A stretch of DNA of 64,000 bases. Origin: Pedosphaera sp. (GTDB lineage: Bacteria; Verrucomicrobiota; Verrucomicrobiia; Limisphaerales; UBA1096). This document shows positions 1 to 6,850 of the stretch, piece by piece. The notes below the pieces were generated by a model, which made no database searches, was not told where the DNA came from, and worked only from the letters and a program-made list of their open reading frames with translations. The position numbers and the translations under genes are program-made. Numbering within the stretch: position 1 is the first letter of the stretch; the number at the start of each line of letters is the position of its first letter. The DNA lies in contig JAKUOU010000019.1 in assembly GCA_022451065.1 (NCBI GenBank), positions 4,203 to 68,202 on the forward strand, given 5' to 3'.

Positions 1-177
1 GCCGACCCTAGCCACGTGAGCGGGCAATTCACGGATGATCGCACCAGCTTCTTCCGGGGTGAGGTAACGCGGACTAGGCTTGTAAAACATGAAACCTAGC
101 GCATCCGCACCGGCCTCAACCGCCGCTTGAGCATCGTCGATCGACGTGATGCCGCAAATTTTTACCCTTACACTCAC
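1..177 (-). CDS. trpF: phosphoribosylanthranilate isomerase, N-terminal part (gene runs off the left edge)
   Basis: Not in ORF track because truncated. Manual reverse translation from GTG at 175-177 gives [59 protein letters not shown], the canonical PRAI N-terminus (KICGIT...GAD.LGF.F...SPR). Confidence 0.75.
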   Translation of the reverse strand, partial: MSVRVKICGITSIDDAQAAVEAGADALGFMFYKPSPRYLTPEEAGAIIRELPAHVARVG

Positions 178-286
178 GGCGCAAGACGCTATGCGGTCGG
201 GGCCAAGTGTCAACGCTCGTGTCGGATTCGGGTTGCGCCGGTGGGTGGGTCACGGCAAAACCAAGCGCGTGAGCGACAAATCGCTG

Positions 287-793
287 ATGGCCTATGTGGC
301 GCTGGGTGCAAACCTCGGCGACGCCGCAGCGACGTTGAGCGGTGCCGCCGCCGAGATCGCCGGCTGGTCGACGGGCTTGGCGCTTGGCTCGTCGCTTTGG
401 CGTACCGCGCCGGTAGATTGTCCGCCGGGTTCACCGCCGTTCCTCAACGCAGCGCTTGGCCTCCGGCCGAAATCTGTGACCACGCCGGAGTCGCTGCTCG
501 ATAATCTGTTGGCGCTAGAGAGCAAACTGGGCCGCACCCGCTCCGGCTTAGCCAACGCGCCGCGCGTGATCGACCTCGACCTGATTGCCTTTGGCACTGA
601 GACGCGCAATATGCCAACCCTGATTTTGCCCCATCCGGAAGCTCACAAGCGTTCGTTCGTCCTGGCTCCACTTGCCGAATTCGCTCCCGGCTTGGTGTTG
701 CCCGGTCAACAGCAAACAGTTTCCGGCTTATTGGCTAAGCTTGGTCAAGGGGGAGAGGTAGTGAAAACCGAACAACGTATCCTCTGCGTTTAA
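287..793 (+). CDS. folK: 2-amino-4-hydroxy-6-hydroxymethyldihydropteridine diphosphokinase (HPPK)
   Basis: ORF 146..793. I prefer ATG 287 (MAYVALGANLGD...), a typical HPPK N-terminus. DLDLI and LILPHPEAHKRSFVLAPLAE motifs present. Confidence 0.8.
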   Translation: MAYVALGANLGDAAATLSGAAAEIAGWSTGLALGSSLWRTAPVDCPPGSPPFLNAALGLRPKSVTTPESLLDNLLALESKLGRTRSGLANAPRVIDLDLIAFGTETRNMPTLILPHPEAHKRSFVLAPLAEFAPGLVLPGQQQTVSGLLAKLGQGGEVVKTEQRILCV

Positions 794-801
794 TTCTACC
801 A

Positions 802-1584
802 CTATTGCAATTTTGTCTCTGGGGCAATTTTCTTGAAGACGATGATGTGTTGACGGGGGAGCACGGAAATTGTCTGTACCCACTCGAGCGGGTGCGGCGT
901 AGCTTCCTTCATCACCTGCAGTTGCGACATCTTGTGCAGCAGCTTGATCGGCACGTTGGGATCCTCCATCCGATACTCGACGAACGCGATTCGCCCTCCC
1001 GGCTTTAGTGCGCGGCAGAGGTTCTGCAGCATCTCGTGCGGGTGTGAAAACTCGTGGTACACGTCGACCATTAACGCGAGATCGATGGTGTTGGTCGGTA
1101 AGTTGGGATTTTTGATCGTGCCGAGCACGCCTTTTACATTTTTTATCCCGAGCTTCCCGAGGTTCTGTGCGAGTAGCTCAAGCATCTCTGGCTGGATGTC
1201 CACCCCGTACACTGTGCCCTTAGGGCCGATGACTCGGGCGATGCGTCGCGCGAAGTATCCAGTGCCGACGCCGATGTCCGCCACGTTGTCGCCGGCCTTG
1301 AGCTTGAGCGAGCGGATGAGTGTCTGCGGTTTTTCCTCGACCTCGCGCGATGGGCGCTCGAGCCAGCCGGCACCAAGGTGCCCCATCACGTGGGCGATCT
1401 CGCGGCCCATATAGAATTTGCCAATGCCGTCGCGGCTGTGCTGCGCGCGGTGTGTATAGCGCGGATTCTCGGGATCAGCTCGGACGCCCTTGGCGTTGGT
1501 GGTTGGTTGGCCAAGCGCGGGGGGAAAGTGGCCAAACGCAAAAAAGGCGGCGACGATCGCGGGACAAATCCATTGGTGGTGCAT
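802..1584 (-). CDS. class I SAM-dependent methyltransferase with N-terminal signal/anchor
   Basis: ORF 802..1779. Internal ATG at 1584 (MHHQWICPAIVAAFFAF...) avoids overlap with the divergent gene. SAM motif I VADIGVGTGYF and LKPGGRIAFVEY. Confidence 0.75.
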   Translation of the reverse strand: MHHQWICPAIVAAFFAFGHFPPALGQPTTNAKGVRADPENPRYTHRAQHSRDGIGKFYMGREIAHVMGHLGAGWLERPSREVEEKPQTLIRSLKLKAGDNVADIGVGTGYFARRIARVIGPKGTVYGVDIQPEMLELLAQNLGKLGIKNVKGVLGTIKNPNLPTNTIDLALMVDVYHEFSHPHEMLQNLCRALKPGGRIAFVEYRMEDPNVPIKLLHKMSQLQVMKEATPHPLEWVQTISVLPRQHIIVFKKIAPETKLQ

Positions 1585-1671
1585 GTGGGTGAACCTACCC
1601 TCGGTCAGCCCAGATGACAAGCTGGCCCGCGCTTGGCTCGACCCAGTCGGCTTGATAGGGTAAGCCGCGTT

Positions 1672-2058
1672 ATGGCTTTGGCAAAAAAACTGTTGCACAC
1701 TCGCTACCGAGTCAACGATCTGGGGAAGACCGTTGATTTTTATAAAAACGTCCTTGGACTCGAGGAGGTGCGTCGGCACAAGTCACCGCGTGGCTCCGAG
1801 TTGGCCTTCCTGAAGGCGCCCGAGAGCGAGGAGACCATTGAGATTTGTCATTACCCCTCGAGCGGCCCGGTGGAGGTGCAGGAGGATCTCACGCATGTGG
1901 CCTTCGAGGTCGATAGCTTAGAAGAATTCGGCAAACACCTGGCCACGCTAGGGATGGAATACTCCGATGGCCCGACAATGAAGGAGACCGGCGGTGGCTT
2001 TGCCTTCATCGATGCTCCCGAGGGCTATGAAATCGAGTTGATAGAAATCGCTAAGTAA
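1672..2058 (+). CDS. gloA: lactoylglutathione lyase / VOC (glyoxalase I) family protein
   Basis: ORF 1633..2058 with ATG at 1672. LLHTRYRVNDLGKTVDFYKNVLGL... and C-terminal GYEIELIE resemble GloA. Size is about 128 aa. Confidence 0.65.
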   Translation: MALAKKLLHTRYRVNDLGKTVDFYKNVLGLEEVRRHKSPRGSELAFLKAPESEETIEICHYPSSGPVEVQEDLTHVAFEVDSLEEFGKHLATLGMEYSDGPTMKETGGGFAFIDAPEGYEIELIEIAK

Positions 2059-2091
2059 TAGGCGATTTTGGGGTTTTTATACTTCCAAACA

Positions 2092-2116
2092 ATACTTGAC
2101 TCAATCAGTCGGGATT
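2092..2116 (+). promoter_or_regulatory. candidate Rrf2/IscR-type operator overlapping a TTGACT -35-like hexamer
   Basis: ATACTTGACTCAATCAGTCGGGATT contains the inverted repeat GACT-N5-AGTC. By my alignment it matches 22 of 25 positions of the E. coli IscR type-1 consensus as I recall it (ATASYYGACTRWWWYAGTCRRSTAT). It lies 17 nt upstream of the Rrf2 ATG. Confidence 0.4.
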
Positions 2117-2132
2117 CTAGTTTTCCCTCGGC

Positions 2133-2594
2133 ATGAAACTGTCCCAACGAGGAGAGTATGCTTTGCGCGCATTGTTGGTCATGGGAATGAACCACGGCCC
2201 CGGTGTGATTCGAATTAAGGATATTGCGCAGCAGCAGAATATTCCACGCCGGTTTCTGGAGCAGATTCTCAACGATTTGAAGTCGGCTGGTTTTGTGCAA
2301 AGCAAGCGTGGTGTAGCCGGTGGCTACAGGCTGCAGCGCGGGCCGGATCAGATTTCGTTGGCTGATATCATCCGGCATTTGGAGGGGCCGTTGGCTCCCG
2401 TGGGGTGCGTGAGTGTGAATTATTATCAGCGCTGTTCCTGCCCCGACGAGGACAAGTGCGCGATCCGCAGCGTGATGCAGGAGGTGCGCGATGCTATCGT
2501 AGGCGTACTGGAGGGGGTGACGGTGGCGCATATGTGCGATCGTGTGCGCGATTTGCAGGGTCCACTGGTGAATCCATTGGACTATGTGATTTGA
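2133..2594 (+). CDS. Rrf2 family transcriptional regulator (Cys-rich, probably Fe-S binding)
   Basis: MKLSQRGEYALRALLVM..., wHTH segment IAQQQNIPRRFLEQILNDLKSAGFVQSKRGVAGGYRL, and cysteine cluster GCVSVNYYQRCSCPDEDKC. Confidence 0.85.
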   Translation: MKLSQRGEYALRALLVMGMNHGPGVIRIKDIAQQQNIPRRFLEQILNDLKSAGFVQSKRGVAGGYRLQRGPDQISLADIIRHLEGPLAPVGCVSVNYYQRCSCPDEDKCAIRSVMQEVRDAIVGVLEGVTVAHMCDRVRDLQGPLVNPLDYVI

Positions 2595-2612
2595 GCAGAT
2601 TTTTCTAGTCAT

Positions 2613-2622
2613 CTTGGCCAAG
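2613..2622. repeat. iterated palindrome copy (CGCTTGGCCAAGCG family), 10-bp core
   Basis: CTTGGCCAAG in the Rrf2/DUF1592 spacer. Its TTG is the ORF-track start at 2614. Confidence 0.9.
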
Positions 2623-4554
2623 TACAGTTGGGTGACCGGCTTATCGGTTAACAGTGGTATCAGATCGCTGCTTCTCGCTGCAGCGGCTTGGCTTTGTTTA
2701 TCCAATGGCGTACCCGCCGTGGAACATCCGGGATCAGCCCTTATCGAGCATTACTGCTTCGATTGCCACGATTCGGATACGCAGAAGGGGGAGGTGAATC
2801 TAGAGGCGGCGCTGGGGGCCAAGCCGCTGGTCAAGAATATCGATTTGTGGAGAACGGTCATCGCGCGGGTCGAGAACAGCGATATGCCGCCCAAGAAAAA
2901 ACCGCAACCCAAGCCGGAGGAGAAAAGGCGGTTGCTGAATTGGCTCGACTCGGAAATTAACCACTTTGACTACAGCCAGGTTGACAATCCTGGTTATGAG
3001 CCGGTTCGTCGACTGACGCATATCGAGTTCAGCAACACGCTGCGCGACCTGCTGGGTTTGGACCTGAATTTGGTTGCTGATTTCCCGATCGATCTTAGTG
3101 GAACAAGCGGGTTCGAGAACAGCGCGAACACCCTCTTTCTGCAGCCAATTTTGATGGAACGCTATCTTAGCGCGGTTGACAAGGCGGTTGAAGCGGCGGT
3201 GCCGCTGGATAGCAAACCGAGCGCGGACTCGCCCGTTTTTGTCGCTTGGCCAAGCGGGAAGATTTCTGAAAGAGAGGCAGCGCGGAAAATTATCGACCGC
3301 TTTATGCTTCGTGCGTTTCGGCGGCCACCGACTGAAGATGAGGCGAAAGAACTTCACGGGGTTTATGCTCGTTCGCGAAAGGCGGGTGAAAGCTTTGAGA
3401 TGGCAATCCGCCGAGCACTTGGGGCCGCCTTGGTTTCACCCGCGTTTCTGCTGAAGTCGGAAATTGTCCAGAACACAGATGAGTCGTATCAGGTCAGCGA
3501 CTACGAACTGGCCTGTCGGCTGTCATACTATCTTTGGGCGAGTATGCCCGATGACGAACTGTTCCAACTCGCCGCCGAGAAGCGCTTGGCCAAGCCGGGG
3601 GTGCTCGCGGAGCAGGTCACCCGCATGCTTGCCGATCCCAAGGCGGGAACTCTGGGTAGCGTATTTGCAGCGCAGTGGCTTGGCTTTGACGCGTTGGGAG
3701 TGCGCGTGCGGCTAGATCCCATTGACAATCCTTGGTGTACCGACACGTTGATGGCAGCGATGAAAAAGGAGTCGGCGATGGTTTTTACAGCACTTGTTCG
3801 GGAGAATCGTCCGCTGAAAAACCTAATCGATTCGAAGAATACTTTTGTGAACGAGGAGTTAGCCAAGTTTTACAAATTGAAAGGCGTTAAAGGGACGGAG
3901 ATGCGTCGGGTGTCGCACACGGACAAACGGCGCTACGGTCTCTTTGGCCAAGCATCGGTATTGGCGGTGACCTCATCGCCACATCGTACGAGTCCGATTC
4001 GCCGTGGGGAGTGGATTTTGAGTTCGCTACTCGGCACGCCGCCGCCGCCGCCGCCGCCCGATGTCGGTGAACTGGACGAGGAAATTGAGGAAAACCGCAA
4101 ACTCACTTTCCGCCAAAAACTTGAGATGCACAGCAAGGATTCACGCTGCAACTCCTGCCATCGTGAGATGGATCCGCTTGGTTTTTCTTTGGAAAACTAC
4201 GATTGGTTTGGTCGGTGGCGAACCAAGAGCCGCGGCCGCACGATTGATGCCAAGGGCAAACTGCCGAGTGGCACAGAATTCGAGGGACCGGTTGGTTTAC
4301 GCGAGGTGATCCTTGCTGAGAAGTTGGACGACTTGGCTCGTCAGGTGATCCGTAAAATGCTTTCCTACGGGCTTGGCAGGCAACTCGAGTATTACGATGA
4401 GCCTGCAGTACGTAAAATCCTCGCGACGTTCAAAAAAGACGGTTACCGGATGCAAACACTGGTGCGTGAGGTGGTGAAAAGTTACCCATTTCAGTTCCGC
4501 AAAAACCGGGTGGAACCGGACAACGAATCGAAGGAAGTAGTGAAAAATGGCTAA
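2614..4554 (+). CDS. DUF1592/DUF1588/DUF1595-type planctomycete-specific (PSD) protein with CxxCH motifs
   Basis: 646-aa ORF. N-terminal signal, CFDCHDSDTQKGEVNLE and CNSCHREMDPLGF motifs. Sits directly upstream of a DUF1552 gene, the usual pairing. Start uncertain: TTG 2614 lies inside a palindrome copy and GTG 2632 is an alternative. Confidence 0.8.
   Translation: MAKYSWVTGLSVNSGIRSLLLAAAAWLCLSNGVPAVEHPGSALIEHYCFDCHDSDTQKGEVNLEAALGAKPLVKNIDLWRTVIARVENSDMPPKKKPQPKPEEKRRLLNWLDSEINHFDYSQVDNPGYEPVRRLTHIEFSNTLRDLLGLDLNLVADFPIDLSGTSGFENSANTLFLQPILMERYLSAVDKAVEAAVPLDSKPSADSPVFVAWPSGKISEREAARKIIDRFMLRAFRRPPTEDEAKELHGVYARSRKAGESFEMAIRRALGAALVSPAFLLKSEIVQNTDESYQVSDYELACRLSYYLWASMPDDELFQLAAEKRLAKPGVLAEQVTRMLADPKAGTLGSVFAAQWLGFDALGVRVRLDPIDNPWCTDTLMAAMKKESAMVFTALVRENRPLKNLIDSKNTFVNEELAKFYKLKGVKGTEMRRVSHTDKRRYGLFGQASVLAVTSSPHRTSPIRRGEWILSSLLGTPPPPPPPDVGELDEEIEENRKLTFRQKLEMHSKDSRCNSCHREMDPLGFSLENYDWFGRWRTKSRGRTIDAKGKLPSGTEFEGPVGLREVILAEKLDDLARQVIRKMLSYGLGRQLEYYDEPAVRKILATFKKDGYRMQTLVREVVKSYPFQFRKNRVEPDNESKEVVKNG
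3243..3256. repeat. iterated palindrome copy, 14 bp, inside CDS
   Basis: CGCTTGGCCAAGCG read as V-A-W-P-S-G. Confidence 0.9.
3584..3595. repeat. iterated palindrome copy, 12 bp, inside CDS
   Basis: GCTTGGCCAAGC read as R-L-A-K-P, a different frame from the copy 340 bp upstream in the same gene. Confidence 0.9.
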
Positions 4555-5905
4555 ATCTTGGCAAATCTCTCGAAGAACCGTGCTTCGTGCAGTGGGCGCA
4601 GCTGTGACTCTGCCATGGCTTGAAGCGATGCAGCCGCTGTCGGCGTTGGCAGTGACGCCGAAGCGGCCGAAGCTGCGTGTTGGTTATCTTTATTTCCCCA
4701 ACGGCGTGGCCAAGGGCGGTTGGGAACCTGAGAAGGTTGGGGGCGATGGCGAGCTTTTGAAACTGAACAAGTGGATGAAGGACCTCGAGCCATTCAAGGA
4801 AGACATTTTGGTTGCTCGAAACATTTGGACGCCACGCGGCAATGGTCACGGAGCCGGTACGGCGACTTGGCTGACCGGGGGTTCTTATAGCGGTTCGCGC
4901 GTGAGTGCTGGAGGCGCGTCGGTCGACCAGATTATCGCGCGTCAGGTTGGCAAAGACACGATGCTGCCGTCTCTCGATATGTCGATGAAAGGTGAGGGCT
5001 ATTTCTCTAATAGCTTGCCGCGCAATACCATTTCGTGGGTAGGCGAAAAACTGCCGGCGACTCGTGATACCAATCCACGGACAATCTATGACCGGATGTT
5101 TCGCAAAGCCAGCGATGGTGTCACTGACAAGGGCGTGATTGACTTGGTCAATGGCCAAGCAAAGAGTTTGAAGCGGCGCGTTGGTCGTATAGATCAACAA
5201 AAGATTGATGAGTATTTGGAGTCGCTTCGTGCAGTTGAACGCAGGATGGAGTTTGCCGAAAAACAAGCCGATAAATCCGCGCTTTCCCAAGTGAAAGGGG
5301 TGGAGTTTAAACGACCTCAGTTGGGCATTCCGGATAGTCACGAGGATTATATGCGCACCATGATGGATTTGATGGTGCTTGGCTTTTGGTCGGGAGCAAC
5401 GCGTGTGGGTTCGTTGATGTTGGATCATGGGCAGAGCAACCGATACTTTGATTTCATTGATGGTGTTCGGGGCACTTGGCATGCGCTGTCGCACTACCGC
5501 GATATCAGTGGCAAAACAGAGGATGATGACGGCGTCAACTCTTGGAAGACCGTTTCTGAAAAACGCGACATGTACAATGTGATCACCGCCTGGCACAATC
5601 GGCAGTTTGCCTATATGCTCGGTAAAATGAAGAGCATAGACGAAGGCAATGGCACGCTACTCGAAAACTCCATGCTCCTTTACGGTTCCAGTCTTGGGGA
5701 CGGTCATGCTCACGGTGAGGAGAATCTGCCAGTGGTGTTTGCAGGTGGCGGTGGTGGCACGATTAAAAATGGTCGATTCCTCAAATACCGGAAAAACTTC
5801 TCTCTCTCAAAATATCATTTGGCGACGATGCAACGAATGGGTGTTGGAGTGGAGGAGTTTGCCGACGCGGAATCGCCGATGAGCGGCTTGACCAAGGATG
5901 TTTAG
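4547..5905 (+). CDS. DUF1552 (HXXSHH) family protein with Tat-like signal
   Basis: SRRTVLRAVGAAVTLPWLEAM N-terminus and a WHALSHY motif. 8-nt overlap with the upstream DUF1592 gene. Confidence 0.8.
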   Translation: MAKSWQISRRTVLRAVGAAVTLPWLEAMQPLSALAVTPKRPKLRVGYLYFPNGVAKGGWEPEKVGGDGELLKLNKWMKDLEPFKEDILVARNIWTPRGNGHGAGTATWLTGGSYSGSRVSAGGASVDQIIARQVGKDTMLPSLDMSMKGEGYFSNSLPRNTISWVGEKLPATRDTNPRTIYDRMFRKASDGVTDKGVIDLVNGQAKSLKRRVGRIDQQKIDEYLESLRAVERRMEFAEKQADKSALSQVKGVEFKRPQLGIPDSHEDYMRTMMDLMVLGFWSGATRVGSLMLDHGQSNRYFDFIDGVRGTWHALSHYRDISGKTEDDDGVNSWKTVSEKRDMYNVITAWHNRQFAYMLGKMKSIDEGNGTLLENSMLLYGSSLGDGHAHGEENLPVVFAGGGGGTIKNGRFLKYRKNFSLSKYHLATMQRMGVGVEEFADAESPMSGLTKDV

Positions 5906-5917
5906 TTCGTTTTTCAC

Positions 5918-6850
5918 ATGAAGAAACTGATAGTTCCCGTTTTGACATCGGTGTTTCTGGCCGGTTGTGCGACCTACCAAAAGAGTGCCGATATCCCGAT
6001 CATCGACACGCACATTCATTTGTACGACACCAACCGGGCGCAGGGCCTGCCTTGGCCACCGAAGGACGACAAGGTTTTGTATCGACCGGTACTCACCGAA
6101 CATTTCGACAAGGTGTCGGATGAGAACGGTATAAACGCCACGGTTATCGTCGAAGCGAGCAAATGGATTCCAGACAACCAGTGGGTGCTCGACTTGGTGA
6201 AGCACGATCCAGATCGTTACATCGGGTTGGTCGGTAGCCTTGAAATTGGAACACCGGATTTCAAAAAGCACCTGACCGAGTTGTCGAAGGATGCGCGTTT
6301 TGTTGGTATTCGCATGCGCGAGAGGCCCGGTGGCGATAATTTCTTTGAAAACGAGGCAGTGTGGAGCGATCTCCAGTTGCTGTCCGACATGAATCAGACG
6401 CTCGATGTTTTGATGTTTCAATACAGTCTTGATGACGTTGACATGATCTCCAAGCGTTTGCCCAAGTTAAAGATTTTGATAAACCACGTGGCTGGGGCAG
6501 ACATTGAAGGTAAACCGGCCGATCCGAAATGGATTGCAGCTGTCCAAAAAGTGGCGAAGAACCCAAACGTAAACTGCAAAATCTCCGGCTTGTTCCAGCA
6601 ATCACACCGCCGGCCCTCTCCAAAGAATCTGTCCTTCTACAAACCAGAACTCGATTTGTTGTGGAAGGCGTTCGGCGAAGACCGTCTGATCTACGGCAGT
6701 AACTGGCCGGTGACCATGCGCGGTGGCACCTACGGTGAATACCTCGCAGTTGTGAATGGGTTCTTTGCGGATAAGAGCCGTGCAGTCCGAGAGAAATTTT
6801 TCTTCAAGAACGCTCTGAAGTTTTATGGGCTTCCAGCACTGAAACGCTAA
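5918..6850 (+). CDS. amidohydrolase-2 family metal-dependent hydrolase, lipoprotein
   Basis: Lipobox LAGC. IIDTHIHLYD metal-binding start of a TIM-barrel amidohydrolase. C-terminal YGSNWPV. Confidence 0.75.
   Translation: MKKLIVPVLTSVFLAGCATYQKSADIPIIDTHIHLYDTNRAQGLPWPPKDDKVLYRPVLTEHFDKVSDENGINATVIVEASKWIPDNQWVLDLVKHDPDRYIGLVGSLEIGTPDFKKHLTELSKDARFVGIRMRERPGGDNFFENEAVWSDLQLLSDMNQTLDVLMFQYSLDDVDMISKRLPKLKILINHVAGADIEGKPADPKWIAAVQKVAKNPNVNCKISGLFQQSHRRPSPKNLSFYKPELDLLWKAFGEDRLIYGSNWPVTMRGGTYGEYLAVVNGFFADKSRAVREKFFFKNALKFYGLPALKR

Noticed and set aside
1650-1669. Small hairpins adjacent to start codons or in spacers (CGGCTT-N8-AAGCCG at 1650-1669; CCGTTG-N7-CAACGG at 54024-54042).
   Set aside because: Stems are only 6 bp, there is no supporting conservation or T-runs, and such stems are expected by chance in GC-rich DNA.
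4039-4059. The (CCG)6CCC trinucleotide run, and A8-A9/T8 homopolymers in coding DNA (13013-13020, 17793-17800, 40445-40453, 62514-62521, 63584-63591), as phase-variation switches.
   Set aside because: The CCG run is in frame and encodes a poly-Pro linker. The homopolymers are Lys (or antisense Lys) codon runs in otherwise intact housekeeping-type genes. There is no evidence of frameshifted copies. Only population data could show variation.
4430-5596. Long antisense ORFs (4430-5596, 15147-16019, 16016-16831, 36013-37101, 51533-52381, 59354-60184 and many shorter ones).
   Set aside because: Each lies fully inside, and antisense to, a CDS with clear family motifs. Their translations are Arg/Ala/Pro/Gly-rich low-complexity strings typical of shadow ORFs in high-GC DNA.
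5591-5610. Sigma-54 (-24/-12) promoters for the NtrC-like regulator, via TGGCAC strings at 5591, 44213, 51795 and other sites.
   Set aside because: None has TTGC at the required N5 spacing, and most lie inside coding sequence. No target promoter can be proposed from this window.
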